From: Octopus vulgaris
Taxonomy: Eukaryota
Reading direction: 5' to 3'
Length of the DNA stretch: 64,000 nt
Assembly: GCA_951406725.2 (NCBI GenBank)
Contig: OX597817.1
Span: 145,824,001-145,888,000 of the forward strand
Part shown: positions 40,034-51,252 of the stretch, one piece after another
Layout of the letters: the number at the start of each line of letters is the position of its first letter
Numbering within the stretch: the first letter of the stretch is position 1
Made by a program: the position numbers and the translations under genes
Notes under the pieces: generated by a model
Told to the model about the DNA's origin: nothing
The model's database searches: none
The model's input: only the letters and a program-made list of their open reading frames with translations

Positions 40034-40463
40034 CCGTATTTGATGGCATATATGACGCCCCCCATCCCAATACCTCAAATAACCACCCGGGTCTTTTATA
40101 CGAAATTGGCCTCCCATAAGCTAAGTTTGTCCCGGATTCACACTGCTATGTGTTAATTTTAATCTAGATAGTCCCCTGTGTTTTGGTTCACGTTCAATTG
40201 TAGAGGAAGCTTGCTTTTTATAAAATGTATTCTATTTGGGGTTTTTTCTTGCACGTTTCATTATTGCGACTTGTTTTATGTTCAGCTGTACTACTAACTT
40301 ACTTTTTATATACAGTAATGTTTTCCGCTATAACTAAGGTACTTTTGTAATGTTGTAATGCACTGCTAGAGTGCTTTAAAAAGTACATGCTTTACTGTGC
40401 TAAAAACGTTTTTCTTGAATATGCGCTAATATACCCGTGCATTTTTTACGCCATCAAATACGG
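40034..40463. mobile_element. Tc1/mariner-pogo type MITE
   Basis: TIRs (TA)CCGTATTTGATGGC ... GCCATCAAATACGG(CA). Confidence 0.75.
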
Positions 40464-41516
40464 CAGTCGGTTAGATGAAACGACATACAACACTTAGAAT
40501 ATCTTTGTATTCTAACAGAGAGAAGAAGAAAAAAACAAAGAAAACGAAAAACACCCTTTTTACCCCTAAAAGTTTCAGCTTTTGTTGTTAGAAGCTCCGA
40601 GGAGAATGAAATGGATCTATTTATCAAAAATGTTAACTCAAAAAATCTGAAGACATTATTTTCGGTGATGTGATAATGCTATTAATAATAATAGTTTCTA
40701 ATTTTGGCTAAAAACCAGCAATTTAAAGAGGGAATGGCCAAGTTGATTACATCCACCTCACTCACTCCTCAACCGATACTTATTTTATCGACCTCGAAAA
40801 GATGAAAGACAAAGCCGACTTCGACAGAATTTGAACTCAGGACGTAAAGCCGGAAGAATTTCTGCTAAAAATTTTGCCCAGCCTACTAACGATTCTGCCA
40901 GATCACCGCCTTATAATTCTTTTTTTAGCACGAGGCCAGAGATTTTAGGAGGAGTGGAGGGGTCTGATGCTATTAATAATAATGGTTTCTGGGCACAAGA
41001 ACAGCAATTTTAAGGAAGGGATGTTGATGCCTTTGACCTCTAGTACAAGACTAGTACTTTATTTTACCGACCTCGGAGGAATGAAAGGTTAAATTAAAAT
41101 CGGTGGGATTTGAAATCAGAATGTAAAGAAACAATAACTACCGCAAAGCATATTGTTCGACGGTTTGACAGTTCTGCAATTTTGTTAAATTTCTTCCAAC
41201 CATTTTCAAAAAATGCAATTTTGCATGCTGAAATTAATAATAAAGTTACATTAGTATAGAAAATTAGGGGAAAAAAATTGGTGAAAATTTAAAATACTTC
41301 AAATGGTTGGAAGGAATTTCACAAGATCTTCTTGCATTTCCATAATAATCGCTTCAAATGTTGATACAAGGCCAGCAATTTTAGCGGAGGAGGTTATTCG
41401 ATTACATCAACCCAGTACTTAACTGATGCTTTATTTTTATCAATCCCATAAGGATGAATTACAAAGTTGACCACGGCAAAATTTGAACTCAAAACGTAAT
41501 AAGTCGGAAGAAATAC

Positions 41517-41737
41517 CTATTTCTTTACTACCCACAAGGGGCTAAACACAGAGCGGACAAACAAGGACAGACAAACGGGTTAAGTCGATTATATCGACCC
41601 CAGTGCGTAACTGGTACTTAATTTATCGACCCCGAAAGGATGAAAGGCAAAGTCGACCTCGGCGGAATTTGAACTCAGAACGTAACGGCAGACGAAATAC
41701 CGCTAAGCATTTCGCCCGGCGTGCTAACGTTTCTACC
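41517..41737 (-). mobile_element. Young SINE family B nested in an older related SINE (~41353-41770)
   Basis: Near-consensus body flanked by degenerate halves of a related element. Confidence 0.85.
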
Positions 41738-41911
41738 ACTAGGCATTTTGTCTGACACTCGGCGGAATTAAGAATGCCATATAACCCCTCATAACTTCTT
41801 AGTTTTTGGAATTTTTCAGTAAACTTTTGCGAATTTGTGTTCTACACTCAGGAATTCATACGACTATGCAACCTAACCCCACCAAAAACATTTGTGTGTG
41901 ATTTAAGGGGT

Positions 41912-42187
41912 TCGGACTCACAATCATGAGATAGTGAGTTCGGTTCTTGGACCGAGTTGTGTGTTATGTTCTTGAGCAAGACACTTTATTTCACATTGCT
42001 CCTGTTCATTCACTGGTGCCAAGCTGTATCGGCCCCTTTGTCTTTCCCTTGAATAACATCGGTGACGCGGAGAGAAGAGGCTGGTATGCATGGGCGACTG
42101 CTGGTCTTCCATAAACAACCTTGCCCAGACTTGTGCCTCGGAGGGTAGTCCAATGGTCATTTACGACCGAAAGTGGTCTTTACCCTT
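41912..42187 (+). mobile_element. tRNA/CORE-like SINE family D
   Basis: GAGTTCGGTTC B-box, GTGTTATGTTCTTGAGCAAGACACTTTATTTCACATTGCTCC. Confidence 0.7.
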
Positions 42188-43317
42188 TAAAGGATGTTTA
42201 GCTGTTATTTTTAGCACATCTCATGACCACCTCGTACCGTTCTCATTTGTTTGTCACTCCAAAAACTAAAATAAAAATTTGAGGGGTTTTATGATGTGCT
42301 TTAAGCAGAATTCTGCCCGACGCTCCAACGATTCTGCTACCTGGCCGAGCTATGCCGGAGCAGATCTATGATCAAAAGTTATCAATATCGTCTCTATATT
42401 TTTCTAGAATAGAGTACCTGAGATTATGTTAGCCAATGTTTCTGACTTTTTCTTAAAGCAGTGTGATTCGAAGGTGGTTTAACTGCTATTTCAAGCAGGT
42501 CCAGCAATCAAGTTAATAAATATATTATTAGCGGCTCCCTTGCCAGCTCGCGAATACATGAACTTACAGTTATACTCTTTGTGTGAGTGTGAATGCGTAT
42601 GTGTATGTGTGGAGTTATAGAATATTTAAACATTTAACGAAGACTCTTCGTTTCCTGATGATAGATTATTTTAATGTCCCATTGACGTATTTTACTGACA
42701 GCTTAAAACTTTTCTCCTAATTTCAGTTAAGAGTTATCTCCCATGTGTTCAATATCTTTCAGGCCTCCAGAGATTAGTAAATGAAATATTTTCTTACACA
42801 ATAACTATAAAATCTCGATCTTTCCTTACTTTTCGTTACATTTTAACTATTTCATTTTGGTTATTTCATTTATTCCTACTTTACATTACTGCATAAAAAC
42901 ATGTTTATTTTTTTTAAAGAATTATAATCTTTCTTTTAGTTAAATAATCTTTCTTTTCAGTTAAAAATTAATGCAAGAAATATCTTTTTGAAACATGTTC
43001 TATATGTTATATAGAAATACTGCAATCACTATTTTATTGAATTTAAACTGAACAGGTCAGAACAAACCAGCTTTTGATTCAAATCTTTAAATTAATTTTT
43101 TTTAGTATTTTTAAAAACAAAAACGGTAGAGTACTTAGTGCTGCATTGTTGTTGTTTTTCCCCCTTTTTTTTGTATTTTTCTTTTGTAAAATATATTTCT
43201 GTTCATATTTTGAATAAAAGATTTGTAAACGTAATCTACAAACCCTGGGTAAAAATGGTAGAGAAATTAGGTAATGTTTTGTACAAATCACTGAGATTTG
43301 AGTATTACATAAAATAA

Positions 43318-43480
43318 GCTGTGGCTGTGTGGTAAGTAGCTTGTTTACCAACCACATGGTTCCAGGTTCATTCCCACTGCGTGGCACCTTGGGCAAGTGT
43401 CTTCTACTATAGCCTCAAGCCGACCAAAGCCTTGTGAGTGGATTTGGTTGATGGAAACTGAAAGAAGCCCATCGTATATA

Positions 43481-43525
<45 letters not shown>

Positions 43526-43741
43526 GTGTGTGTATATGTTTGTGTGTCTTTGTTTGTCCCCCAACATCACTTGACAACCGATGCTGGTGTGTTTACGTCC
43601 CTGTAACTTAGCAGTTCGGTAAAAGAAACTGATAGAATAAGTAGGGGGCTTCCAAAGAATAAGACTTGGGGTCGATTTGCTTGACAAAAAGCGGTGCTCC
43701 AGCATGGCCGCAGTCAAATGACTGAAACAAGTAAAAGAGTA
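43318..43741 (+). mobile_element. SINE family A, full length
   Basis: Same structure as 23995-24387. Confidence 0.92.
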
Positions 43742-43917
43742 ATCCCAACTGCAATATATTAATTTTAAGTGATTACAAATTCATAAATTCCCTGTTCTAG
43801 ATATGGAGGCACTTTCTTTGCAGTATCTATACTCCTTCATATTTAATTTTCTTTATCTAAATATCAGTTTCAGTAACTGTGGTAAAAAGCAACTCCAAAA
43901 TGTTACCTTTTGTAGGG

Positions 43918-44248
43918 GGAACTGGCACTCTGTAAGTTATGAGGACAAGGGTTCCAGTTGATCCAACCAACAGAATAACCTGCTTGTGAAATTAAGGGGC
44001 AAGTGGCTGAGCACTCCACAGACATCTTTGCCCTTAATGTAGTTCTCAGGAAGACTCACTGTGACTCACCAAATATTACAAGGCTGGTTCTTTGAAATAC
44101 AGATTCTACTCATTTTTGCCAGCTGAGTTGACTGAAACAATGTGAAGTAAAGCATCTTGCTCAAGGACATAATGCACTGCCAGGTATCAAACTCATGACC
44201 TTATGGTTGTGAACTGAGTGTCCTAACCACTAAGTCACGTGTCTCCAC
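43918..44248 (-). mobile_element. SINE family D variant
   Basis: Minus-strand tRNA head plus GTCCTTGAGCAAGATGCTTTACTTCACATTG. Homologous to the split copy at 59430-60690. Confidence 0.7.
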
Positions 44249-44249
44249 T

Positions 44250-44600
44250 TTTGCAAGGGAGGTAGTTACTTGGGGCCCATTTGAATCCAGCACTAAATCT
44301 TGGAAATCGTTTACACTTTGTGGCCAGTGAAAGGTTTCCCAATCAATCATTAGGTTATTGTAATCCCCAGTGATAGAAACACAAGTAACTACTTTCTTAA
44401 ATGCTGCTGCTCTGAAACTGTCAAAATGCTGTGTGTTTTGGTGATAGTTTGGGGAATGGTAACCAATTCTAAGTGGAAGTGTTGATGTACTTACATAAAT
44501 ATCTCCAAGAAATATCGCTTGTTGTGACTGGTTCAAATTCACCATAAAGAATTGCTGAAAAGCTTGAATAACATCAACCATCATACTACTTCCAAGGAAT
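44250..44600 (-). mobile_element. CR1-like APE endonuclease remnant
   Basis: IGYHSPN...ITGDYNNLMIDWE resembles YRPP...GDFN.P.IDW. Confidence 0.55.
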
Positions 44601-44799
44601 TAAACTAGATTTTGATTTTCTTTTCGTCTACCTTTTTCCTATTGAGATTGACCTGCAGATGGACACTTGCTGTAAAATTCTCACTTGTCAACGGGCAGGT
44701 GAGTAGTCAGAAAGCATAGGTATTGATATTCCGCTCCTGACCAACTCATTTATTAAACAGTATGGAAAATAAAATTTAGTACAAATAGCTATGCTATAT

Positions 44800-45510
44800 T
44801 GCAGTGAAATATGAGCTGTTACTGTTAAGGACATGCAAAGGCTTGTAAGAAATGAAGTCAGTATGTTCTACTGGATGGGTAATGCCAGTGTGCATATATA
44901 ACAGAGTGTAGGGGAGTTGAGAAAAAAACTGGGTATATGCATCATCAGATGTAGAGTGCAAGAGAGAAGACTGTGCAGGTACAGTCATATAATGTATATG
45001 AATGAAGACAGTTGCATCAAAAAGTGCCAAGTTCTAATTGTGGAGGGGACATGTGGGTGGAGGCACATGGCCTAGTGGTTAGAGCAGTGGATTCGCGGTC
45101 GAGGGATCGCGGGTTCAAATCTCAGACTGGGCAATGTGTGCGTTTATGAGCGAAACACCTAAGCTCCACGCAGCTCCAGTAGAAGGTAATGGCGAACTTC
45201 TGCTGACTCTTTCACCACAACTTTCTCTCACTCTTTCCTCCTGCATCTTGCAGCTCACCTGCAACGGACCAGCATCCCATCCAGGTGGGGAACCTATACG
45301 CCAAGAAACCAGAAACTGGCCCTTATGGTCCAGGCATGACTCGAGAAGGAACAAACTATGGTTCATGTGGAAAGAGTAGACCCAAGAAGACATACGATGA
45401 CGTAGTGAGAAAGGATCTTTGGATTTTGGGCCTCACAGAGAGGATGACAGAAAACCAAGACTTCTTAAGGTTTGCAGTGCTTGAGAAGACGTGGTAATGA
45501 TGATGATGGC
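44800..45510 (+). mobile_element. RTE LINE C-terminal fragment interrupted by SINE family C (45058-45355)
   Basis: NEDSCIKKCQVLIVEGTC|SINE|CGKSRPKKTYDDVVRKDLWILGLTE; CATGTGG repeated at both junctions. Confidence 0.85.
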
Positions 45511-45619
45511 AGTAGGATAGTTGAAGAAGATTTGGCTGCTATTTTTAGCAGACTGATCAACCACATTTACTCATCGCTATATTATTTTACTTGACTCTAT
45601 GCTTTCATTGGCTATATAT

Positions 45620-45790
45620 ATGAGGGGGTGCTGAGAAGTTCCTGGTTTTGTTTTAAAGAAAATATAGGCAGATCAGTTAATAATGATTTTACTCAACATA
45701 TTCCCCTCTCAGATTCATACACTTGTTGCAGTGGTCCTTCAGTTTTTTGAAGTCTTGTAAAAGACCTCTCTCCATGTGTTCATTATATTG
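45620..45790 (-). mobile_element. Mariner transposon 3' end remnant
   Basis: C-terminal KCMNLRGEYVE* typical of mariner transposases, followed by a TIR-like end (TA)TGAGGGGGTGCTGAGAAGTTCC. Confidence 0.7.
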
Positions 45791-46019
45791 ACTCTGCAAA
45801 CTGAGGCACCAGCAACTAATGTTAAAACAATCGCAAATCCATGTTGTATGATCTGTATTACTTGAAATAGAATCACATCTTGAGCTGATTCGCTCCACAA
45901 GTGTGTGTGTGTACATGTGTGTGCATGCACATGCGTGTGTGTGTGGGAGAGAGAGAGGGTGAAAGAGAGAAGGTGAGAGAGAGGGGGCCCGATAATTGTA
46001 TGTGTGTGTGTCAGGGACA

Positions 46020-46452
46020 GGCCAGCTGTTGATTGGGTGTGTATAATTGAAGGTCACCTGTTGACTGTGTTTGCATGTGTGTGTGTGTGTGAGAGAGAGA
46101 GAGAGGGGGAGGTCACTTCTTGACTGTGTGTGTGAGAGAGAGAGAGAGGTCAGCTGTTGATTGTGTGGGTATAAATGAAGGTCACCTGTTGACTGTGTTT
46201 GCATGTGTGTGTGTGTGAGAGAGAGAGGGGGGAGGTCACTTCTTGACTGTGTGTGTGAGAGAGAGAGAGAGAGAGGTCAGCTGTTGATTGTGTGTGTGTG
46301 TGTGAGAGAGAGGGAGAGAGAGGTCACCTGTTGACTGTGTGTATGTGTGTGAGAGAGAGAGAGAGGTCACCTGTTGATTGTGTGTGTGTGTGTCAGTGAT
46401 AGGCTCACTGGTTCTATGTGTGCATGTAAATGACAGGCCAGCTGTTGATTTA
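46020..46452 (+). repeat. Minisatellite: GGTCA(C/G)CTGTTGA(C/T)TG core separated by (GT)n(GA)n
   Basis: About 9-10 cores visible. Confidence 0.9.
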
Positions 46453-47470
46453 TATGTGTCATTGACTGCCAGATGAAGATTGTGAGTGTGTCGGTGACAG
46501 GCTGTCTGTTGATTAATGCATACTGTGGAATTTTGTTGGAGAGTCTGTTCCTATTCATGAGTGGAACACTTAATCTGTTTAACACCACCAAATGATGCAT
46601 TGGTGCTTTTGGAGGGCTTTGGACTGTTACAAGCATTCCCGCCGGGTCTCTGATCTGAGGATAACTTCTAACCTTTTTCTAATCCCAGAAGCCCTTAAAG
46701 GTCTCTATCAATAAAGATTAATTTTTGTAACGGTTAAAGTTTATTGTATAACAGTTGAGTCACCAATTTGTAATGGTAGAAGTTTATGAATTTGTATGGT
46801 TGAAATTAACTTGTAAACAATAATATGGGATGTTGGAGTCGTAACCAGTTTGTAGGGATTGATTCTTTGTTGATTACCATAATGTAAAGATGAAAAAAAA
46901 GTGATTGAAGTTGTGAAGAAAATATTTATTTTACTGTTACATTATACAATACCTTGCCTTGATGGGCAGGTGATGAAATCATAAAGCATGCAAAGTAAAG
47001 ATAGCTGTAGATTTTGCTTGTATATATTTGTGTACATGTTCTCTTAGTAGTAATCCACAGAAAGAGATAACGTGATGTTGTAAGAGGAAATCAAGTGAGC
47101 TAGTGAGAGGGTGTGGAAAGTTGTTTCATAGTTGCTGATTGTAAACTTCATTTCTCCCTCCGACCATTTATCTTTAGTAGCTGCCTGCTTGTGACCTGAC
47201 TCGAGTTGTCACTCACTGACTAACTGAGTTGTCACCAAGTGACTAACTGATTTTTGCTTGGGGGTTCTTGTTTTTATAACTATCCAGTAGGATAGACATA
47301 TCATTGAGAACAATAAATTTAGTTGGTGGTCTGTGATATCTTAATTCTAGCTTTTGGTGAAGTAGAAGAGGTTAGAAAGGTCAAGTGGTGAAGACATTAT
47401 TTTGCTTAGTATCTGGAAAATGTAAAGTGCTGTCAAAGAAAAACTATTGTTTTACTGTGAGAAAAATTCT

Positions 47471-48398
47471 GTTGAAGTGTTAATTTAAACTTGACTATCT
47501 AGGATCGAATCTACTTCATGCCTGCAAGATTCAGTCTGAGGATAACTTCTAACCTTTTTCTAATCCCAGAAGCCCTTAAAGGTCCATGGGTGTTGCCTTC
47601 CTTTGTTGACAAAGTCATAAAAAATGGGAAACAAAATGTTTCCTTTGTATCTTTAACCCTCTAGTATTTAAACTGGCCATATCCTACCCAATCATTCAAC
47701 CTATTTCATGTTCAAACTAAGCCAGATCTGGCTTCTCACACGGACCCTACAATGTCATTTTTGTGGTTGATGAAAGGAGCACAACGGAAACAAGGAAATA
47801 GGAAACAGAGGTGCAATAAGGTCTTACCTGACGGGGGATGAAGTCGGATGGCCTTCAGCCAACTTGCTCGCGTGTTGTCGTCTCGGTGCCTTGCTGGGGT
47901 CTGTCGTAGCCGGTCGATGCCGCACGTGCGTTGAGTTGAAGTGTTAATTTAAACTTGACTATCTAGGATCGAATCTACTTCATGCCTGCAAGATTCAGTC
48001 TGAGGATAACTTCTAACCTTTTTCTAATCCCAGAAGCCCTTAAAGGTCCATGGGTGTTGCCTTCCTTTGTTGACAAAGTCATAAAAAATGGGAAACAAAA
48101 TGTTTCCTTTGTATCTTTAACCCTCTAGTATTTAAACTGGCCATATCCTACCCAATCATTCAACCTATTTCATGTTCAAACTAAGCCAGATCTGGCTTCT
48201 CACACGGACCCTACAATGTCATTTTTGTGGTTGATGAAAGGAGCACAACGGAAACAAGGAAATAGGAAACAGAGGTGCAATAAGGTCTTACCTGACGGGG
48301 GATGAAGTCGGATGGCCTTCAGCCAACTTGCTCGCGTGTTGTCGTCTCGGTGCCTTGCTGGGGTCTGTCGTAGCCGGTCGATGCCGCACGTGCGTTGA
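47471..48398 (+). repeat. 464-bp tandem duplication spanning the flank and part of the 3' LTR
   Basis: 47471-47934 repeats at 47935-48398; the first unit contains a partial LTR at 47762-47936. Confidence 0.95.
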
Positions 48399-48536
48399 GT
48401 CTCTCACTTCCGCTTCCGCCGGCGCATGCGCCCTGCAAGACCTGTAAGCATCACTTCCGCTCCCGCCCGTCCCGTCACACTCCTTCATCACCACACCACA
48501 CGCCCCCCTGATCTATAAATCACTGAACCAGCTTCC

Positions 48537-50588
48537 TCACTCGCTCCCGCACCCGAAACTGGTTTCATAATCAGCCAGCCAGGGAGGAGGGTGCCGGTCC
48601 CTCTGTGGTCGCAGCGCGACCCTAGGACTTGTTTCTGGTGTGTTGCTGTCGACCTCGTCATCCTGTCGGTTGTTTTCGTCCTGCCCACTGTTGCTTGTCC
48701 CATCCTCTGGGGCATGGACAATCCTCCGTATGTCCAAAACGTGGCGTGGCATACCATCGATGAAGATGTTATTTTTCGAACTTACGGAGGTTATTGTCCC
48801 CTTTCCCCATTGCGATGTACACCGTGCGTTTGGGGGTTTTACCCAGACTTCCTCCCCGACCCGCACGAAGGCGTGCTCTTCCTCTGCCCCGGGTTGCATT
48901 GATTTAGTACACGGATGCCTCCACTCGTACCTAAATATTGCTCTGTGTGGCACCGATTCCTCAGCCTGTCCGGATCGGGGAGACAAGTTGTACCAAAAAA
49001 CTGCTTCAAGCGGCGAAATGTGCCCCCTTTCCGCTATGGCCTTGACTGTCCGATGGTGCCTCTCCACGATCCCGTTACCGCCCGGCCTATACGCTGCTCT
49101 GAACAAGCGTCGCACGTTCCACCGATCAAGCATAACCCTCAATGCTTCCGAACGAAATGCCGCCCCGTTGTCCATCAGTAGTTCTTCCACGGGACCTCTC
49201 TCTAAAAATATCCCGTTCAGGATCTGCACGATCTCGTCAGCAATGCCCGATCTCAACTCCCTCCAAATGGCCAGCCGGCCCGGCCCACAGTCGACCATGG
49301 AGAGGTACGTTCGCTGACGGTAGTGTGTCACATCCACAGCTAGCCTTTTCCAGTTCTGCTCCACGGAAAGGCTTCCCTGTTCATGCCCACACGGAGCAGG
49401 GTCGATGGACTGACACCTGTCCTCCACCGCAGTGCCTTCGATTGCCAACACCACCCCTATCGCTATACTGCTAGCGTCACACCAGACAGTCCCGCATTTC
49501 GTCCTGGGCACGTACCAGTTCCCCCTGACCGGGTCTTCCGCTCTTGTCCTCTCTAGGATCTCCTGCATCATCGCCACCGTCCCTTCTCCCACCTTGTCGC
49601 CCCACCTCTCTCCTTCTGCTCGTCTCTTGGTGTAACTACACGCCGTGCGCAGCCATCCAGCGATCGGGTAGTGACCGACCAACTTCCCACACACCGAGAA
49701 CAGCTCTCTCCTGCTGACGCTGGAACTCAGCTCTGGGATTTCATTTCCTCTCCGGAACACCAATTCGCCTGATCTATCTCTTCGCAGCTTCAGCCCCAGT
49801 GCGGCTCCCCCTTCAATCGACTCCGGCGGCTTAGCAATCAGTCCGAACTTCTCCAGATGTCTCACTACCTCGTCGGCTGCCACTACAGTTTCGTCCACCA
49901 AAATGTCGTCAATGTAGGAGCTGGTGGCCTTTCTAATCTTGCCGTCTTTCCCCAGGACGGACCTAAGCACTGCCGACATGATCTTCGGAGCAGAATTCAG
50001 CCCGAAACCCAGCCTGGTTAGACAGTACGTCCGGCCCTTGTACCGCACCAGCTGATATCGCCATAGTTTGTCGCTCACATGGAGCTGCAAGTATGCCGAT
50101 CTCAAGTCGACAATCGTCGCTGCCTCAGTCGACTGTCTCCACTTGCGCAATGCCTCACCACAAACGTCTGTCGCCTCACCTCCCGTGTGACACGATATGT
50201 GCTGGTTTAACTCCCTGAAGTCCAGCACCGGTCTAACTTTTCCCTTCGTAGGCTGCACCACCGCCATCAGGGGTAGCACTCCGCCCGCTACCTCCTCCTT
50301 CCAAGGGACAAGGATCCCTTCCTCGATCCACCTCTCCACCTCGTCTTCAAACTCAACCCTGGCGTGGCCTTTCAGAGTATGCTGGTAACAGCTCACCCTG
50401 TTCTCCAGTGTCGGGGGCTCGTCCTTCCATTTCCACTCTATCGTCCACCGCCTGAAAGTCCTTGTCCTCGATGGTGTAAGCAGCGCCGTCCCTCGCGGGG
50501 CTCTGCTCCCTCTGGTGATCCTGACTCGCAGCGCACGACGCCCCCACGCTTCCGAACGTGACCTTATTTCCCACAACGCTGACGCCAC
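48537..50588 (-). CDS. Gypsy pol remnant: RT, truncated RNase H, integrase core
   Basis: KVRPVLDFRELN, DLRSAYLQ, RLGFGLNSAP, SYIDDILV; CDASS; AVDVTH, DNGAAF, GNGIVER. In-frame deletion joins VED to RCQSIDP. The N-terminal ~45 aa are out-of-frame read-through. Confidence 0.93.
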   Translation of the reverse strand: MASALWEIRSRSEAWGRRALRVRITRGSRAPRGTALLTPSRTRTFRRWTIEWKWKDEPPTLENRVSCYQHTLKGHARVEFEDEVERWIEEGILVPWKEEVAGGVLPLMAVVQPTKGKVRPVLDFRELNQHISCHTGGEATDVCGEALRKWRQSTEAATIVDLRSAYLQLHVSDKLWRYQLVRYKGRTYCLTRLGFGLNSAPKIMSAVLRSVLGKDGKIRKATSSYIDDILVDETVVAADEVVRHLEKFGLIAKPPESIEGGAALGLKLRRDRSGELVFRRGNEIPELSSSVSRRELFSVCGKLVGHYPIAGWLRTACSYTKRRAEGERWGDKVGEGTVAMMQEILERTRAEDPVRGNWYVPRTKCGTVWCDASSIAIGVVLAIEGTAVEDRCQSIDPAPCGHEQGSLSVEQNWKRLAVDVTHYRQRTYLSMVDCGPGRLAIWRELRSGIADEIVQILNGIFLERGPVEELLMDNGAAFRSEALRVMLDRWNVRRLFRAAYRPGGNGIVERHHRTVKAIAERGHISPLEAVFWYNLSPRSGQAEESVPHRAIFRYEWRHPCTKSMQPGAEEEHAFVRVGEEVWVKPPNARCTSQWGKGTITSVSSKNNIFIDGMPRHVLDIRRIVHAPEDGTSNSGQDENNRQDDEVDSNTPETSPRVALRPQRDRHPPPWLADYETSFGCGSE

Positions 50589-50865
50589 CGAGGCAGTTGA
50601 TGGCGTCCATCCCCATCACCACATCAACTCCATTTATCACGCGTTCGGCCACAATTGCCTGTAGCCTTAGCGTCGCGCACCACTATCTCTACCGCGCTGC
50701 TGCCTCTGCAACGGATTTCGCTGCCGTCGACCGCCCGGACACTACACACCCCGTTCCATTCCTTCGTCACCCTCGAAGTCACCAGGGTGGTCGTACAGCC
50801 CGTATCCACAAGGGCCTTGAACGTCTCCCCCTTGGCCTCCACGTCAATCACTGGCAGTGTCTCCA
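50480..50865 (-). pseudogene. Retroviral-type aspartic protease, frameshifted
   Basis: [26 protein letters not shown], continuing in another frame as VINGVDVVMGMDAINCLGG. Confidence 0.9.
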
Positions 50866-50900
50866 GTCAGGTAAGACCTTATTGCACCTCTGTTTCCTAT

Positions 50901-51252
50901 TTCCTTGATTGGTGTACCAATGTCCCAACAGTGAGCCTGATAAAGGTCCACATAATTGGTCTGCAGACACTCAAGACTCTTCTCCAAGCCAGCCACAATG
51001 TGTTTACGACTGAGCCCAACAGCATTGACGTCGGTCGGGTCGTTGGGGTTGGTGTTGACCCGGACCTTAGTGGCGATAACATACCTGCTCCTTTCTTTAC
51101 TGCTGAGCCAGTTACCGACAATTGTCTCCGACTGACGGTCAGTGTAGACATCTGCTGTGTCAATGAAGTTGCCACCACATTCGGCAAAACGGTCAAGGAG
51201 TTGATATGAACCTGTGGGGTCCAACTGACCTGGGCGATGATTTTTTTTCATC
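50901..51252 (-). pseudogene. Captured intronless aldo-keto reductase fragment (YajO/Tas/Kv-beta-like AKR), N-terminal half of the barrel
   Basis: [11 protein letters not shown]...SETIVGNWL...YVIATK...[32 protein letters not shown]. Catalytic D, Y, K and H are present; no stops. Confidence 0.93.

Noticed and set aside
50558-51209. Plus-strand ORFs overlapping the protease and AKR (also 48591-49635 over pol)
   Set aside because: Antisense shadows of GC-rich coding sequence.
50901-51252. Horizontal transfer of a bacterial AKR
   Set aside because: YajO-like AKRs exist in invertebrate genomes, and the splice-donor junction points to a host mRNA; cannot be claimed without a search.
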